Below are positions 37,283 to 46,794 of a DNA stretch of 64,000 bases, piece by piece. The DNA lies in IMG/VR virus record IMGVR_UViG_3300017917_003742, positions 11,160 through 75,159 of that record; one strand, 5' to 3'. Below the pieces are notes generated by a model. The model worked only from the letters and a program-made list of their open reading frames with translations, was not told the DNA's origin and did not search any database. The first letter of the stretch is position 1. The number at the start of each line of letters is the position of its first letter. The DNA comes from a virus. The translations under genes were made by a program, and so were the position numbers.

Positions 37283-37570
37283 ATGATCGAAGCAGTTATT
37301 AAATCAACCGGAAATATTGTTGGTAAGCCCGTTGTCAATAGAATTATTATTGACAACGAGAGTGATATAGCTGTTCGTAGAAAAGATGAAGAAACGGGTA
37401 AGATCGAACAGTTTACTATTGGTGAACTGTTCGATTCTTACAACCGTAAATCTTCGTATCGTAAGAATGAACCTGATCCATCTCTTTTTGAATCGTGGTT
37501 TAGTAGCAAATATATAAAAGGAAGAAACTTGGAAAGCCGAATCATCAGCATCCAGTTTTACAGAGTATAA
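37283..37570 (+). CDS. Hypothetical protein
   Basis: 95-aa ORF between uvsX and gp41. Confidence 0.6.
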   Translation: MIEAVIKSTGNIVGKPVVNRIIIDNESDIAVRRKDEETGKIEQFTIGELFDSYNRKSSYRKNEPDPSLFESWFSSKYIKGRNLESRIISIQFYRV

Positions 37571-37571
37571 C

Positions 37572-37600
37572 TTGACTTCCTCTCCTAAGTATAGGATAGT
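37572..37600 (+). promoter_or_regulatory. Promoter TTGACT-N17-GATAGT, 5 nt before the gp41 ATG
   Basis: Read directly. Confidence 0.65.
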
Positions 37601-37605
37601 AGCGC

Positions 37606-38958
37606 ATGGTAAAAATAGACCTTGATTTTTTCGAGAAAATTATCATTCAGCACTGTCTCAAAAAAGATTCCACTTACATCGCATCCATTATTGATTATCT
37701 CGACAAGAGTTTATTCAAAGACAGTAACATTGCTGAGATAATTGACATCATCAAAACTTTCTACATTGAAAGAAATTCCATTCCAACTCTCACAGAATTA
37801 AAGAGCCGAGTGAATACTTTGACACTCAAAGAGTGTTTGAAAAAAGTTGTCGGTTACATTCGTGAATTAGATTCCGAATACAACGAGAATGAGCTTGTGA
37901 ACAACACAGAATACTTTATCAAGCAAAGAAAGTATTCACTGTTAATGGAAAAAGCCATTGATGAAAAAGCCTCTAAAAAAGAATTTAATCTTGAAGAGAT
38001 TCAAAAAGAGAGTGAAAAGATTCATCAGATCACACTCATTGACAACTTTGGTTTAGATTACTTTGGAGACAATGAACGTGTTGTTGATTATCTTCAACAA
38101 AAGGACAGCTTTATTTCTACTGGATACCGAACTCTTGACGAAGCATTTGGTGGAGGCTTTCAAAAAGAAGGCAAAGCAATTTATGACATTGGCGGAGAAA
38201 CCAATGTTGGTAAAAGTATTTTCCTTGCCAACATTGCACTAAATGTTGTGTTACAAAACAAGAATGTTGTAATCATATCTCCTGAAATGAGTGAGATGCG
38301 TTATGCCAAGAGAATTTCTGGAATGCTTACAGGTATTGCAATCAATATGCTTGGAGACAACATTGAAAAGTATAAAAGAGAAATCGAAGCATTTAAGAAT
38401 AAATACTCTTCAAAATTTATCATCAAAGAAGTTCCAACAAAAGGTGTTTCTGCCAAGAATGTTTATGCATATCTCAAGAAACTCAAAGACAAAAGAGGAA
38501 TCAATCCTGATCTTCTTTGCATTGACGGACATGCACTTTTAAAGCCTTCTGTTTCACAAAATTCCAAGCACGCTGAACTTCAATTTATTGTTCAAGAGTG
38601 TCGTGGTATTTCCTATCAGATTGAAGCACCAATTTTAACTGTTGCACAACTTAACCGTGGCAGTCACAAAGCCAACAATCCCGGCCTTGATAACATGGCA
38701 GGTTCTTGGGACCAGCTTGCAGATTTTGATGCACACGTTAACATTTGGCAAACTGATGAAGACCGTGAATGTAGCATGATTCGATTTGGTGGCAAGAAAG
38801 TTCGTGATGGTGCAAAAGGCGGAGAAGGCTATCTTCGCATTGACTATGATACTCTTCGACTTTTTGAAGAAGGCGACTTGCCAGAAATGGAAATGATTGA
38901 TAAAGAAACAACACTTTCATCTATTTTAGACTTTGATTCCTTAATGAGTCAAAGTTAA
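37606..38958 (+). CDS. gp41: Replicative DnaB-like helicase
   Basis: TGY..LD...GGG, GETNVGKS, S.EMSE, IKE.PT, T.AQLNR, K.RDG. Confidence 0.93.
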   Translation: MVKIDLDFFEKIIIQHCLKKDSTYIASIIDYLDKSLFKDSNIAEIIDIIKTFYIERNSIPTLTELKSRVNTLTLKECLKKVVGYIRELDSEYNENELVNNTEYFIKQRKYSLLMEKAIDEKASKKEFNLEEIQKESEKIHQITLIDNFGLDYFGDNERVVDYLQQKDSFISTGYRTLDEAFGGGFQKEGKAIYDIGGETNVGKSIFLANIALNVVLQNKNVVIISPEMSEMRYAKRISGMLTGIAINMLGDNIEKYKREIEAFKNKYSSKFIIKEVPTKGVSAKNVYAYLKKLKDKRGINPDLLCIDGHALLKPSVSQNSKHAELQFIVQECRGISYQIEAPILTVAQLNRGSHKANNPGLDNMAGSWDQLADFDAHVNIWQTDEDRECSMIRFGGKKVRDGAKGGEGYLRIDYDTLRLFEEGDLPEMEMIDKETTLSSILDFDSLMSQS

Positions 38959-38967
38959 ATATAAATG

Positions 38968-39234
38968 ATGTTTAATGATGACTTTATTTCGCCGTGTGCT
39001 AATACACAGATTGTAAACCAAGAACTCGAAGACTTGATTAACAAGTTTGGTAGTTTGATTACTCTTATTACTAATAAACCTGTTTCTTGTGTTACGATGT
39101 TTATTATAATTCAAAAGAATCCAGAGCTTAAGAAATTCTTAGTTGAACTTTCTGAAACTTCGTGGTATTCTATCGTGGAGTATATGGCATATCGCTATCC
39201 CGTTCTCAACAAATCAAAGAAAATTAAAAAATGA
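38968..39234 (+). CDS. Hypothetical protein (position and size of gp33 late co-activator)
   Basis: TAAATA 6 nt before the second ATG. Precedes gp59-gp32 as gene 33 does in T4; no clear motif match. Confidence 0.45.
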   Translation: MFNDDFISPCANTQIVNQELEDLINKFGSLITLITNKPVSCVTMFIIIQKNPELKKFLVELSETSWYSIVEYMAYRYPVLNKSKKIKK

Positions 39235-39893
39235 GTTTGTCAGAAAACCAAAAACAAATTTACAACCTCTACCTAAGAGCATTCCGAATTAATAATAACC
39301 AACCATTCAGAGCCAAAAAAGATTTCTCTGATGTGGAAAAGGATATAGAAAAATTAACAGCATTACAAAAAATTGAAAAGGTGTTTCAAAAGTATCCTGC
39401 CTTTTTTAATAAAACTTATTTTGATGCTCCGTATAAAATTTATAGCGACGATAAGAAATATTATTCGTTGAAATTTTACGGCAGTCAAAAAGGAATAAGC
39501 ACTTGTATTGCTTATTATAAAACTTTGCTTCAAAGCAATCCCGAAGAGCAATTTGAATATATCAAAGACTCTTTTAAATTTGTCGCACAATATTGTGAAC
39601 AGAAAAAGATTCCTTTGGAGCTTTACATCAAGCATTGTTCTGTTTCACAAAATGATTGTTTGATTCATCTTAAAGAGCACAAAATTTCATGGTATGCTGT
39701 GTTTGGCATTCCCGGTTTTTTTGAGTTGCTGAACAACTTGCCAAAAGATGAGTTTGAACTATATTATGGTTCAGATGTAGAATTAAACTCACTCTTAAAT
39801 AGATACCGAGGCAGTTCAAAAACTGTTGATTATATGAGCGAGCTTAAGAAAAAAATCTCATCATATTTGCAGAAAAAACTTGCGGAAAAGTGA
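39231..39893 (+). CDS. gp59: Probable helicase loader gp59
   Basis: 220 aa, helical, IYNLYL N-terminus, directly upstream of gp32 (synteny). Confidence 0.55.
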   Translation: MSLSENQKQIYNLYLRAFRINNNQPFRAKKDFSDVEKDIEKLTALQKIEKVFQKYPAFFNKTYFDAPYKIYSDDKKYYSLKFYGSQKGISTCIAYYKTLLQSNPEEQFEYIKDSFKFVAQYCEQKKIPLELYIKHCSVSQNDCLIHLKEHKISWYAVFGIPGFFELLNNLPKDEFELYYGSDVELNSLLNRYRGSSKTVDYMSELKKKISSYLQKKLAEK

Positions 39894-39902
39894 AGAGTGT
39901 GG

Positions 39903-39974
39903 TATAAGTATACATAGCTGTCGGAGATAGTATCAAGACAGTTGATTAAGAAAAAATTAGAAAAATTAGAAATT
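39903..39974 (+). promoter_or_regulatory. gp32 promoter (TATAAGTA) and putative autoregulatory leader
   Basis: Hairpin AGCTGTC/GACAGTT, then GAAAAAATTA-GAAAAATTA-GAAATTA before ATG 39975. Confidence 0.6.
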
Positions 39975-40907
39975 ATGTCATACAACCTAGAAGATATATT
40001 AAACCAAGTCAAAGCAGTTGAAGAAACTAAGATTCAGAAAGAAAAGGGAGGCTACAAAGGCGACCCAAGAATTCTAAAATTTAAGAAGAACTGCACATAC
40101 GTAATCCGTCTCATTCCTTACATCAAGGATGTAAACAACACCTTTGTAACATACAAAGAAGTCGGATTCAAGAGTCCAGTAGACGGCACATATGTCTATG
40201 GCGGGCGTTCTCCACAGGACGCAGGAATCAAGGAAGACCTTTTCAAAAAGACCCAATGGGATCACTATTCCAAGGCTAAGGAAAGAGGCGATGAAGCTGA
40301 ACAAAAGGCTTCTTATAAGCTGCTCGCACAGCGTAAACAAGCAGTAAACGGCTATCTCGTTTCTGTTGATGGTGATGATCCTGATGCAAAGGAAAAGATT
40401 GGTGAAGTTCTTGCCATTCCATATCCAGCACAGGTTGATCGTGAAGGAAATCCTATCAGCGATATTTACAAGAAAATCCACTCTGCGATTTTCGGTGATA
40501 TGGCTAAGAAGATTGGTGCTAAGGCACTTGACCTTTCCTCAAAGGGTCGTAGCTTAATTGTTAAGGTTACTGAAAAGGCTGGTTTCAACAACTATTCAGA
40601 AACAACTTTCGATGATGCCGAAGACCTTGGACTTTCCGACGAACAGATTCGTGACATCCTTAACAAGGCACATGATTTGACTGAATTCATTCCAGAAGTT
40701 AAGTCTCAGGACGAAATTCAGAAGATTCTTGACAAGCATTGGTTCGGCACAAGTGCATCACCAGATGATGAACTTGATTCCGAAGAAGAGGAAGAAGTCT
40801 CTCCAAAGCCAAAGATCAATCTAACTACATCAGCCAAAGATGATGAAATCCCTATGGGAGATTCAAAATCTAACGAACCTGATGAATTAGATGCTCTTCT
40901 TGACTAA
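39975..40907 (+). CDS. gp32: Single-stranded DNA-binding protein
   Basis: DPR, VIRLIP, D.....G..L..K......F.NY..T.F, acidic tail ending ELDALLD. Confidence 0.85.
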   Translation: MSYNLEDILNQVKAVEETKIQKEKGGYKGDPRILKFKKNCTYVIRLIPYIKDVNNTFVTYKEVGFKSPVDGTYVYGGRSPQDAGIKEDLFKKTQWDHYSKAKERGDEAEQKASYKLLAQRKQAVNGYLVSVDGDDPDAKEKIGEVLAIPYPAQVDREGNPISDIYKKIHSAIFGDMAKKIGAKALDLSSKGRSLIVKVTEKAGFNNYSETTFDDAEDLGLSDEQIRDILNKAHDLTEFIPEVKSQDEIQKILDKHWFGTSASPDDELDSEEEEEVSPKPKINLTTSAKDDEIPMGDSKSNEPDELDALLD

Positions 40908-40946
40908 AATTAATTGAAATTTCAACAGAAGCGGCTAAATATTGCT

Positions 40947-41558
40947 ATGGACGATAATAGAGACATAGCACTTTTAGCCGCTTCTTGCGAAAGAGAAATG
41001 AAGCAAACACTTGCTGGAAGTGGCATCAAGTACAACCGAACAGACTTTCGAAGATTCTTAGGAAACAGCGGAAACAATTATCCGCAACATCCATCTGCTC
41101 CTTATCCAAGTCAATACATTCAGCAGCAGATGTATCCGCCACAACCTCCTCCTCAATATTATCCACAGGTTCCACCAGCATATAATAATCCTGTTGATCC
41201 TGTAATACCAGAAGGTGTTTTACCACCATCAAATCAACAGTTTATTCCGATGCCACAAGGAGTGGCAATGCCTCAACAAGCTCCTAGTAATTTCGGTTCT
41301 TCAATGGAATCCACTGGCGGTTTTGTAATGCCAAGTTACACTAATGAAGCAGGAAAAACTTATCTTGAAGATGAAAAACAATTCCGTGATGCTCTTATTA
41401 CAGAAATCAAAGCATTAAAGAATAACATCAAGGCTCAAAAAACTCAACTAAACAAGTTGACTAAAACAGTAGAATCGCTTATACTACTGCTCAACAAAGA
41501 ACAACCCCAATCTCAACCAGAAACAGAAATCATAGATGATAATCCAGATCAATCCTAA
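40947..41558 (+). CDS. Pro/Gln/Tyr-rich low-complexity protein with a C-terminal coiled coil
   Basis: Composition; TAAATA 5 nt before ATG 40947. Confidence 0.7.
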   Translation: MDDNRDIALLAASCEREMKQTLAGSGIKYNRTDFRRFLGNSGNNYPQHPSAPYPSQYIQQQMYPPQPPPQYYPQVPPAYNNPVDPVIPEGVLPPSNQQFIPMPQGVAMPQQAPSNFGSSMESTGGFVMPSYTNEAGKTYLEDEKQFRDALITEIKALKNNIKAQKTQLNKLTKTVESLILLLNKEQPQSQPETEIIDDNPDQS

Positions 41559-42276
41559 AGAATTCGTAAACGAGTTCATTAACCCAATCAATGAACTCAA
41601 CAGAGAAGGTAAAATTGCCCTTTTCTGTGACGGCTCAAATCTTTACTCGGTTTCCGCAACAAAGTCGCGCAACATTAATCTTTACAACACTTACAAACCT
41701 CTTCATCTTGAAGACTGTTTAGATCGTTGTAGCTTAAATGTTTTGAAACTAATCAAAGGATTAGGTTGCGTAGCAAATGACGAAATGTTTGTGTCATTAG
41801 ACATTTCCAAAGAGAATAACACTCTTTCATTTGCAACAAAAGAAATTCGCTTCAACATCAGACTACTCGATGACAATCTTGTTGAAGTTCCTAAATTTAA
41901 TCTTGAAGTATTCAAGAAATTTGCAGTTCACCATGAAGTGAACATTGATGCGAGCAAGGTCGTGAACATCAAAAAGGCACTAGAATTCTCATCAGAGACA
42001 TCAAAGTTTTACATTGAACAAGAAGACGAAGACGTTTACTTCTACTTTGGTGACAAGTCCTCTACATCGAATCATACAGACGATATTAAGATTCATGTAT
42101 CAGAAGGAGTAAAAACAACAGTGCCGAATAAAATCTATGATGTTGACATTTTACGACTTGTTCTAAAATCCAAAAACGATTTTTCGATGAAATTAAATGA
42201 TAATGGTGTCATGTATATTGAAATCGAAAACAACAACTCAAACCTAAAATACATAACAACTCCACTAATTAAATAA
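41536..42276 (+). CDS. gp45: Probable sliding clamp
   Basis: 246 aa with a two-domain alpha/beta pattern like gp45/PCNA, C-terminal KYI, replication-module context. Confidence 0.65.
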   Translation: MIIQINPKEFVNEFINPINELNREGKIALFCDGSNLYSVSATKSRNINLYNTYKPLHLEDCLDRCSLNVLKLIKGLGCVANDEMFVSLDISKENNTLSFATKEIRFNIRLLDDNLVEVPKFNLEVFKKFAVHHEVNIDASKVVNIKKALEFSSETSKFYIEQEDEDVYFYFGDKSSTSNHTDDIKIHVSEGVKTTVPNKIYDVDILRLVLKSKNDFSMKLNDNGVMYIEIENNNSNLKYITTPLIK

Positions 42277-42277
42277 A

Positions 42278-42583
42278 ATGGACTATAACACATTCGCAGG
42301 AAAAGTTAGGAGCGCAGATTGCTCCGTATCAAAACTGGACCTAGTATATAATCACACCGATTGCAGATGTTGGTCTGCGATTGTGAATCAAGGACGCGAT
42401 AATATCATTGTTACATACAATGTAAACCGTTCCGAACTTGGCTCACAAGCGTTCGACATCTTCTCTTCAACCAAAATCTTAACCGATGTTGAACCAGAAG
42501 ACGTATGCGATGTGGTCGAGTTTATGATCACTAAGCCAATTATCTCTCAAATCATTGAATCTGAACCCCTAATCGAAGAATAA
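42278..42583 (+). CDS. Hypothetical protein (paralog of the next ORF)
   Basis: KLDLVY...DCRCWSAIVNQG.DNIIVTY. Confidence 0.65.
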   Translation: MDYNTFAGKVRSADCSVSKLDLVYNHTDCRCWSAIVNQGRDNIIVTYNVNRSELGSQAFDIFSSTKILTDVEPEDVCDVVEFMITKPIISQIIESEPLIEE

Positions 42584-42586
42584 TTT

Positions 42587-42895
42587 ATGTCAAATAAAAT
42601 ATCAACTAAATCATATTGCATCAAGCGTCTGCGCGATATGGGCTACACTGTAGATAAAATTGACGCAGTTGAATACACACCAGAAGATGAAAGAAAATGG
42701 TCTTTTATCATTGATAACGGAGGAATGTCAATCTTTGTAACTTGTTACAAAAACAACACAATCCACATCTATGATGGCGGTAGGTATACAAATACCAACA
42801 TGAAACTCGATACAGATAGTATCGAAGTCCTAGCAGAATACCTAAATTCGCGTGGATTAATTCATAAACATCCAAGATACGGTCAAAACGCTTAA
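42587..42895 (+). CDS. Hypothetical protein (paralog of the previous ORF)
   Basis: KIDAVEY...DERKWSFIIDNG.MSIFVTCY. Confidence 0.7.
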   Translation: MSNKISTKSYCIKRLRDMGYTVDKIDAVEYTPEDERKWSFIIDNGGMSIFVTCYKNNTIHIYDGGRYTNTNMKLDTDSIEVLAEYLNSRGLIHKHPRYGQNA

Positions 42896-42899
42896 TTTT

Positions 42900-42929
42900 T
42901 TTGGGGGAACAATGTTCCCCCAAATTTTT
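42900..42929 (+). terminator. Rho-independent terminator
   Basis: TTTGGGGGAAC-AAT-GTTCCCCCAAA followed by TTTTT. Confidence 0.8.
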
Positions 42930-42940
42930 CTCTTATCTTT

Positions 42941-42948
42941 TATAAATA
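42941..42948 (+). promoter_or_regulatory. T4-consensus late promoter TATAAATA
   Basis: Exact T4 gp55 consensus, 5 nt before ATG 42954. Confidence 0.8.
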
Positions 42949-42953
42949 CATAT

Positions 42954-43307
42954 ATGGACGAAACCCCTGAAAATCCTTCCGAGTCCGATCTTAAAAAAGT
43001 TGAAAACTTTTTAAAAGGTATCCCTGATAAAAAAGCTCCAAAAGTTAGAAAAAAACCAAAAGCTCTTTCTCAAAAAGAGAAACAAAGACTAGGCACAGCC
43101 ATTGCTGGCACACTATCAGAATTTGTGGATTGTTATATTTTATTAGGATTTGATGTCAACGGAAACTCTATGATTCTTATAAATTCTCATAATAATCTAG
43201 AAAGCCGTGCATTATCCGATCTTGTTGAAGATTTTATGACAACAGGCGGAAGCAGCATTACAATGGGGTTGGATGAACCTGACGACGAAGACGACTCAGC
43301 AATCTAA
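42954..43307 (+). CDS. Hypothetical late protein
   Basis: ATG after the late promoter; LSEF...YILLG.D..GN motif. Confidence 0.7.
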   Translation: MDETPENPSESDLKKVENFLKGIPDKKAPKVRKKPKALSQKEKQRLGTAIAGTLSEFVDCYILLGFDVNGNSMILINSHNNLESRALSDLVEDFMTTGGSSITMGLDEPDDEDDSAI

Positions 43308-45329
43308 TTTAGATAATTGTTTTAAAGCTGCTTTTAGTTCAGCGTATTTTGCTTCTAATTCAGCTTCTAATTTTTTTACTTGTTGCTGAATATATTCATC
43401 CGTGTACTTTTGGGTACGAACACCTTCTCCACTTGGTAAAGAATCATTTTCAGAAGTTGTTCCGGCCCAATCAGTTTTATCAATAGATAAAGTATCACAA
43501 CCATTTCCGCCAAATTTATCAACCACAGTGTTTTCTGTGGTTGAATTTTTTACAGGCTGTGCCAATACAGGAGAAGGCCAATTGTTTCTTGCACCAACAG
43601 CACGAACAGCATTGTGTGGATTTGCGCTTCCACTTCCTGATTGTGAACCAATACTTGCTTGAACATCACTATTTTGTTCAAATAGTTTTAAAGGAAGATT
43701 TTTAAAATAGTGATAATGTTTATCAACAACTGCAAAGTTTGTGCTTTCTACAGAGTAAACCTGCAAACAGTGATCATTTCCATTACTATCCTTACCTACT
43801 GCAATACCAATGAGCGCCCCTGGTAAAAGAGATGCATATGTAGGACTTTTCGGTGCATCAGCCACACAATCTTGTGGTTCCGTTGCAATCTTAATTCCAT
43901 TTGCACCAAAATAACAAATTTCAGGAGATGGTGGTGGTAATACGCGAGGCTCAATGTTTTGATCATAAGTGAAATCACTTTCAGTTATATGATATTCACA
44001 AGGTGCAGTAACGTGATGAACAGATAGTTCACCTTCAACGTGTGCGCCCCCGCGAATCACTGCATTAATTCCAACATTCAAGTTACCATCAATTAAAACT
44101 TGTTGTTCAATTTCTGTTTGTCCGCCAGTTTCAAGAGTTCTGGATAAACGCTTAGGACGAAGAGAAATTACATCACCAGTAATGTCAACACGTTCACCAT
44201 CAAAAGATAATTCGCCTCTTGAACCAATCGAAACCTCTTCGCCGTTTAAATTTACAACTGTTCCATACAAATTAAGAGGACCGCTTGTTTTAAATTCAAT
44301 TCCGTTGCTGCCAACAGTTGCAGTCCAACCATCACAAACATTTAGTTCATAAGAACCACCGGGAAATTTATCAACGTCCACATTTTCAATAAGGGATGAT
44401 TCACGATATTGTGTATAAATTGTTGTTCCAAGAGGATCAATTTTCACACCACAAGGAACAAGCTTGCCGTATGGGTCTTTTCGGAATGATTCAAAATCAT
44501 TGAAAACAAGTCCAATATTTTGAATGAAATGTTTTGCAATAGTTTCTATTTTGGAACCACCATTAGGACATTTATTTTGTCCTAATTGCTTTTCGTATTC
44601 GTAAATTCTTTTTTGAATTTCTTCACGCTTTTGAGAAATGGTGTTCTTTTGCGTTTCTATGGCCCATGCGCCATCTTGAGATGACGGCGAGAGCATCTTA
44701 CCCCAACAGGTCAAGCAAAGGTTTCCTCCGCTTCCTGAGACGTTCTGATAGCCTTCCTTACCATCTCTTACACTCATCACTTCACGACTGTTTACTTTTT
44801 GTGTTGTGACAACAGTTGGAGAATTGTTTACAATCACTCTGGAAACGTTGCTGTGTGTTGGACACTTTGCAGGAGTTCCAGATTTTGTTTGGTTTGGTGC
44901 TTGATCTATGTTGTTTTCTTTGTTTACTCTTTTAACTTCGAATAATCTTTTGACATCATGAATTTCTTGATATGCATCCTTGATATTTTGCATTGGTTCT
45001 TTCCAACGATTTGCATCACCAACAGTTTCTAATACATCGCCAAGAACAACCTTTTGACAGTTCTCGTCAACATGTTCTGTTTGTGAACCGTTTATTGTTA
45101 AAAGAGAATCGCCCATAACATGTTCACGTTTGTCATGAACAGTTAACTCGTCACGGCCAAATTTATCCAATTTGCTATGAGAACCATTTTTGTGTGTTAT
45201 TGTTACACTCTCTTCGTCTTTTGTGTTGACAAATTCGATGTTTCCTGCGGGTTGGTTCAAAACAACCTTATCTTTAACGATTTCTTCTGATTGATTTGAG
45301 TCGTTGCTGTATTTACCGGGATAATGCAT
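43296..45329 (-). CDS. Baseplate spike (gp5 C-terminal beta-helix-like) protein
   Basis: G.IEF..T...E.V.I.HK.GS and V.GD....V.G repeats like gp5/VgrG; H.H near the C-terminus; directly downstream of the gp5 OB-fold gene. Confidence 0.65.
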   Translation of the reverse strand: MHYPGKYSNDSNQSEEIVKDKVVLNQPAGNIEFVNTKDEESVTITHKNGSHSKLDKFGRDELTVHDKREHVMGDSLLTINGSQTEHVDENCQKVVLGDVLETVGDANRWKEPMQNIKDAYQEIHDVKRLFEVKRVNKENNIDQAPNQTKSGTPAKCPTHSNVSRVIVNNSPTVVTTQKVNSREVMSVRDGKEGYQNVSGSGGNLCLTCWGKMLSPSSQDGAWAIETQKNTISQKREEIQKRIYEYEKQLGQNKCPNGGSKIETIAKHFIQNIGLVFNDFESFRKDPYGKLVPCGVKIDPLGTTIYTQYRESSLIENVDVDKFPGGSYELNVCDGWTATVGSNGIEFKTSGPLNLYGTVVNLNGEEVSIGSRGELSFDGERVDITGDVISLRPKRLSRTLETGGQTEIEQQVLIDGNLNVGINAVIRGGAHVEGELSVHHVTAPCEYHITESDFTYDQNIEPRVLPPPSPEICYFGANGIKIATEPQDCVADAPKSPTYASLLPGALIGIAVGKDSNGNDHCLQVYSVESTNFAVVDKHYHYFKNLPLKLFEQNSDVQASIGSQSGSGSANPHNAVRAVGARNNWPSPVLAQPVKNSTTENTVVDKFGGNGCDTLSIDKTDWAGTTSENDSLPSGEGVRTQKYTDEYIQQQVKKLEAELEAKYAELKAALKQLSKLDC

Positions 45330-45342
45330 ATTAGATATTTAA

Positions 45343-46794
45343 TTACGCTGATTCGTAAATTCCTCTATAATCTGCCTGAGATGCAAAAGAACCAAGAATA
45401 ATTGGGTAATTTAAATCACCATTTTCAAAATAAATCCAAACATGCGAACCAACACCGGGTATTGCGATCATGCCTTTGAAATCATTATTATAGTCTGGTG
45501 AACGCATAGGACCACGATGCATTTGAGAAACGTTTCCCACCAAGTTTGCACCTTTTGTTTTATTAGGATCATTGCTTGGTTCACGGCAACGATTCACTGT
45601 TGCACGGGACTCATTGTTTGCTCCTCCGATGTGCATATCTTTTCTTTGGAAAGTTGGTAATAATTTTGATGTGATGTTGTTGAAAATTTCTCCACCGCCT
45701 CCACCACGGGAAATCATACTCTGACCATTTGTAATTGGACTACGTGGCATAACAGTTTTACCGTTCACAGGAAAACTGCTGCTCAAAAATCCTTTTAATG
45801 AAAGAATTTTGTTTATGTCAAAAGGATTTTTATTATGACGAATGTTTATAGCGTTAATATTTTTTCTGTTTGCTTTAATTTTAATAGGTCCATCTTCAAA
45901 AGTAACTTCGTCATCATTATATGATGTAACTTTAAAATTATTAGGTAAACTCTTTTTATCATTAATGATTAATCCTACTGGCAAATCACTGTAAGTGTAT
46001 GATGGAGCTTCGTCAGTGTCCTCATAAAGTAATGGAGTATCAAACGGAAGCATGTTTGTTGTGTCCACTGCATTAAAGCATTCTCTGTTGAACAAAGGAT
46101 TATCCTCAGATAATTTCACATCATTTAAAAAAATGCTTGGATTTGTGACATTTACATCAATGCTCACAACAGAATTATTATCATTTGAAATTGGTGGGTC
46201 TAAATCTAAAACTTGAGGAACAAATTCCGATGGTATTTGATCTATAACAGAATCTAGAGGAGAATTTGTTTTTTTAAGATTACTTTTAACTGCGCCTGTT
46301 TTATCGCATTTATCAGGAAGACAAAACGGCAAACCGTTGACTGGAAAGTTTAAATCTGTGTTTGTTCTTGGTGGTTGACCGTAAGTTGGTAAAGGAGATT
46401 TAGCTGGTCGGTTTTGACTTTGTTGTTTATCCTTGGCGAATGCTTCGGCGGATTTGTTACTGTCTTGTGAAATATAACCAGAATCATTTCCAATGTAATA
46501 AGAATCAGAAGGCGCATTATAAAAACCGGGACTGCTCATGCCCATCATTGGAAGCATAACTTCGGCCCATAGTAGTCTTTCTTTTTGACTGTCTAAAATT
46601 TGTGGACTCAAAGAAGAACCAGTATTGGCACCCATAACCTTGAAAAATTTATCTTCTTCTTGTGCTTGGTTCCAATTTTTTGTTTGATTCAAGTTGATGC
46701 CGGGAACATAAACTTTTACTCGACCACTCTGTTGTGGGTCGTTATTCTGAATAACTATTCCTCTATATAAACCATTATAAATCATATTAATCAA
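45343..46794 (-). CDS. gp5: gp5/VgrG N-terminal OB-fold protein with a large internal insertion
   Basis: YRGIV..NNDP...GRVKVYVP and LWA near the N-terminus; IP.VGSHVWIYFENGD..YPIILGS at the C-terminus. Confidence 0.8.
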   Translation of the reverse strand: MINMIYNGLYRGIVIQNNDPQQSGRVKVYVPGINLNQTKNWNQAQEEDKFFKVMGANTGSSLSPQILDSQKERLLWAEVMLPMMGMSSPGFYNAPSDSYYIGNDSGYISQDSNKSAEAFAKDKQQSQNRPAKSPLPTYGQPPRTNTDLNFPVNGLPFCLPDKCDKTGAVKSNLKKTNSPLDSVIDQIPSEFVPQVLDLDPPISNDNNSVVSIDVNVTNPSIFLNDVKLSEDNPLFNRECFNAVDTTNMLPFDTPLLYEDTDEAPSYTYSDLPVGLIINDKKSLPNNFKVTSYNDDEVTFEDGPIKIKANRKNINAINIRHNKNPFDINKILSLKGFLSSSFPVNGKTVMPRSPITNGQSMISRGGGGGEIFNNITSKLLPTFQRKDMHIGGANNESRATVNRCREPSNDPNKTKGANLVGNVSQMHRGPMRSPDYNNDFKGMIAIPGVGSHVWIYFENGDLNYPIILGSFASQADYRGIYESA

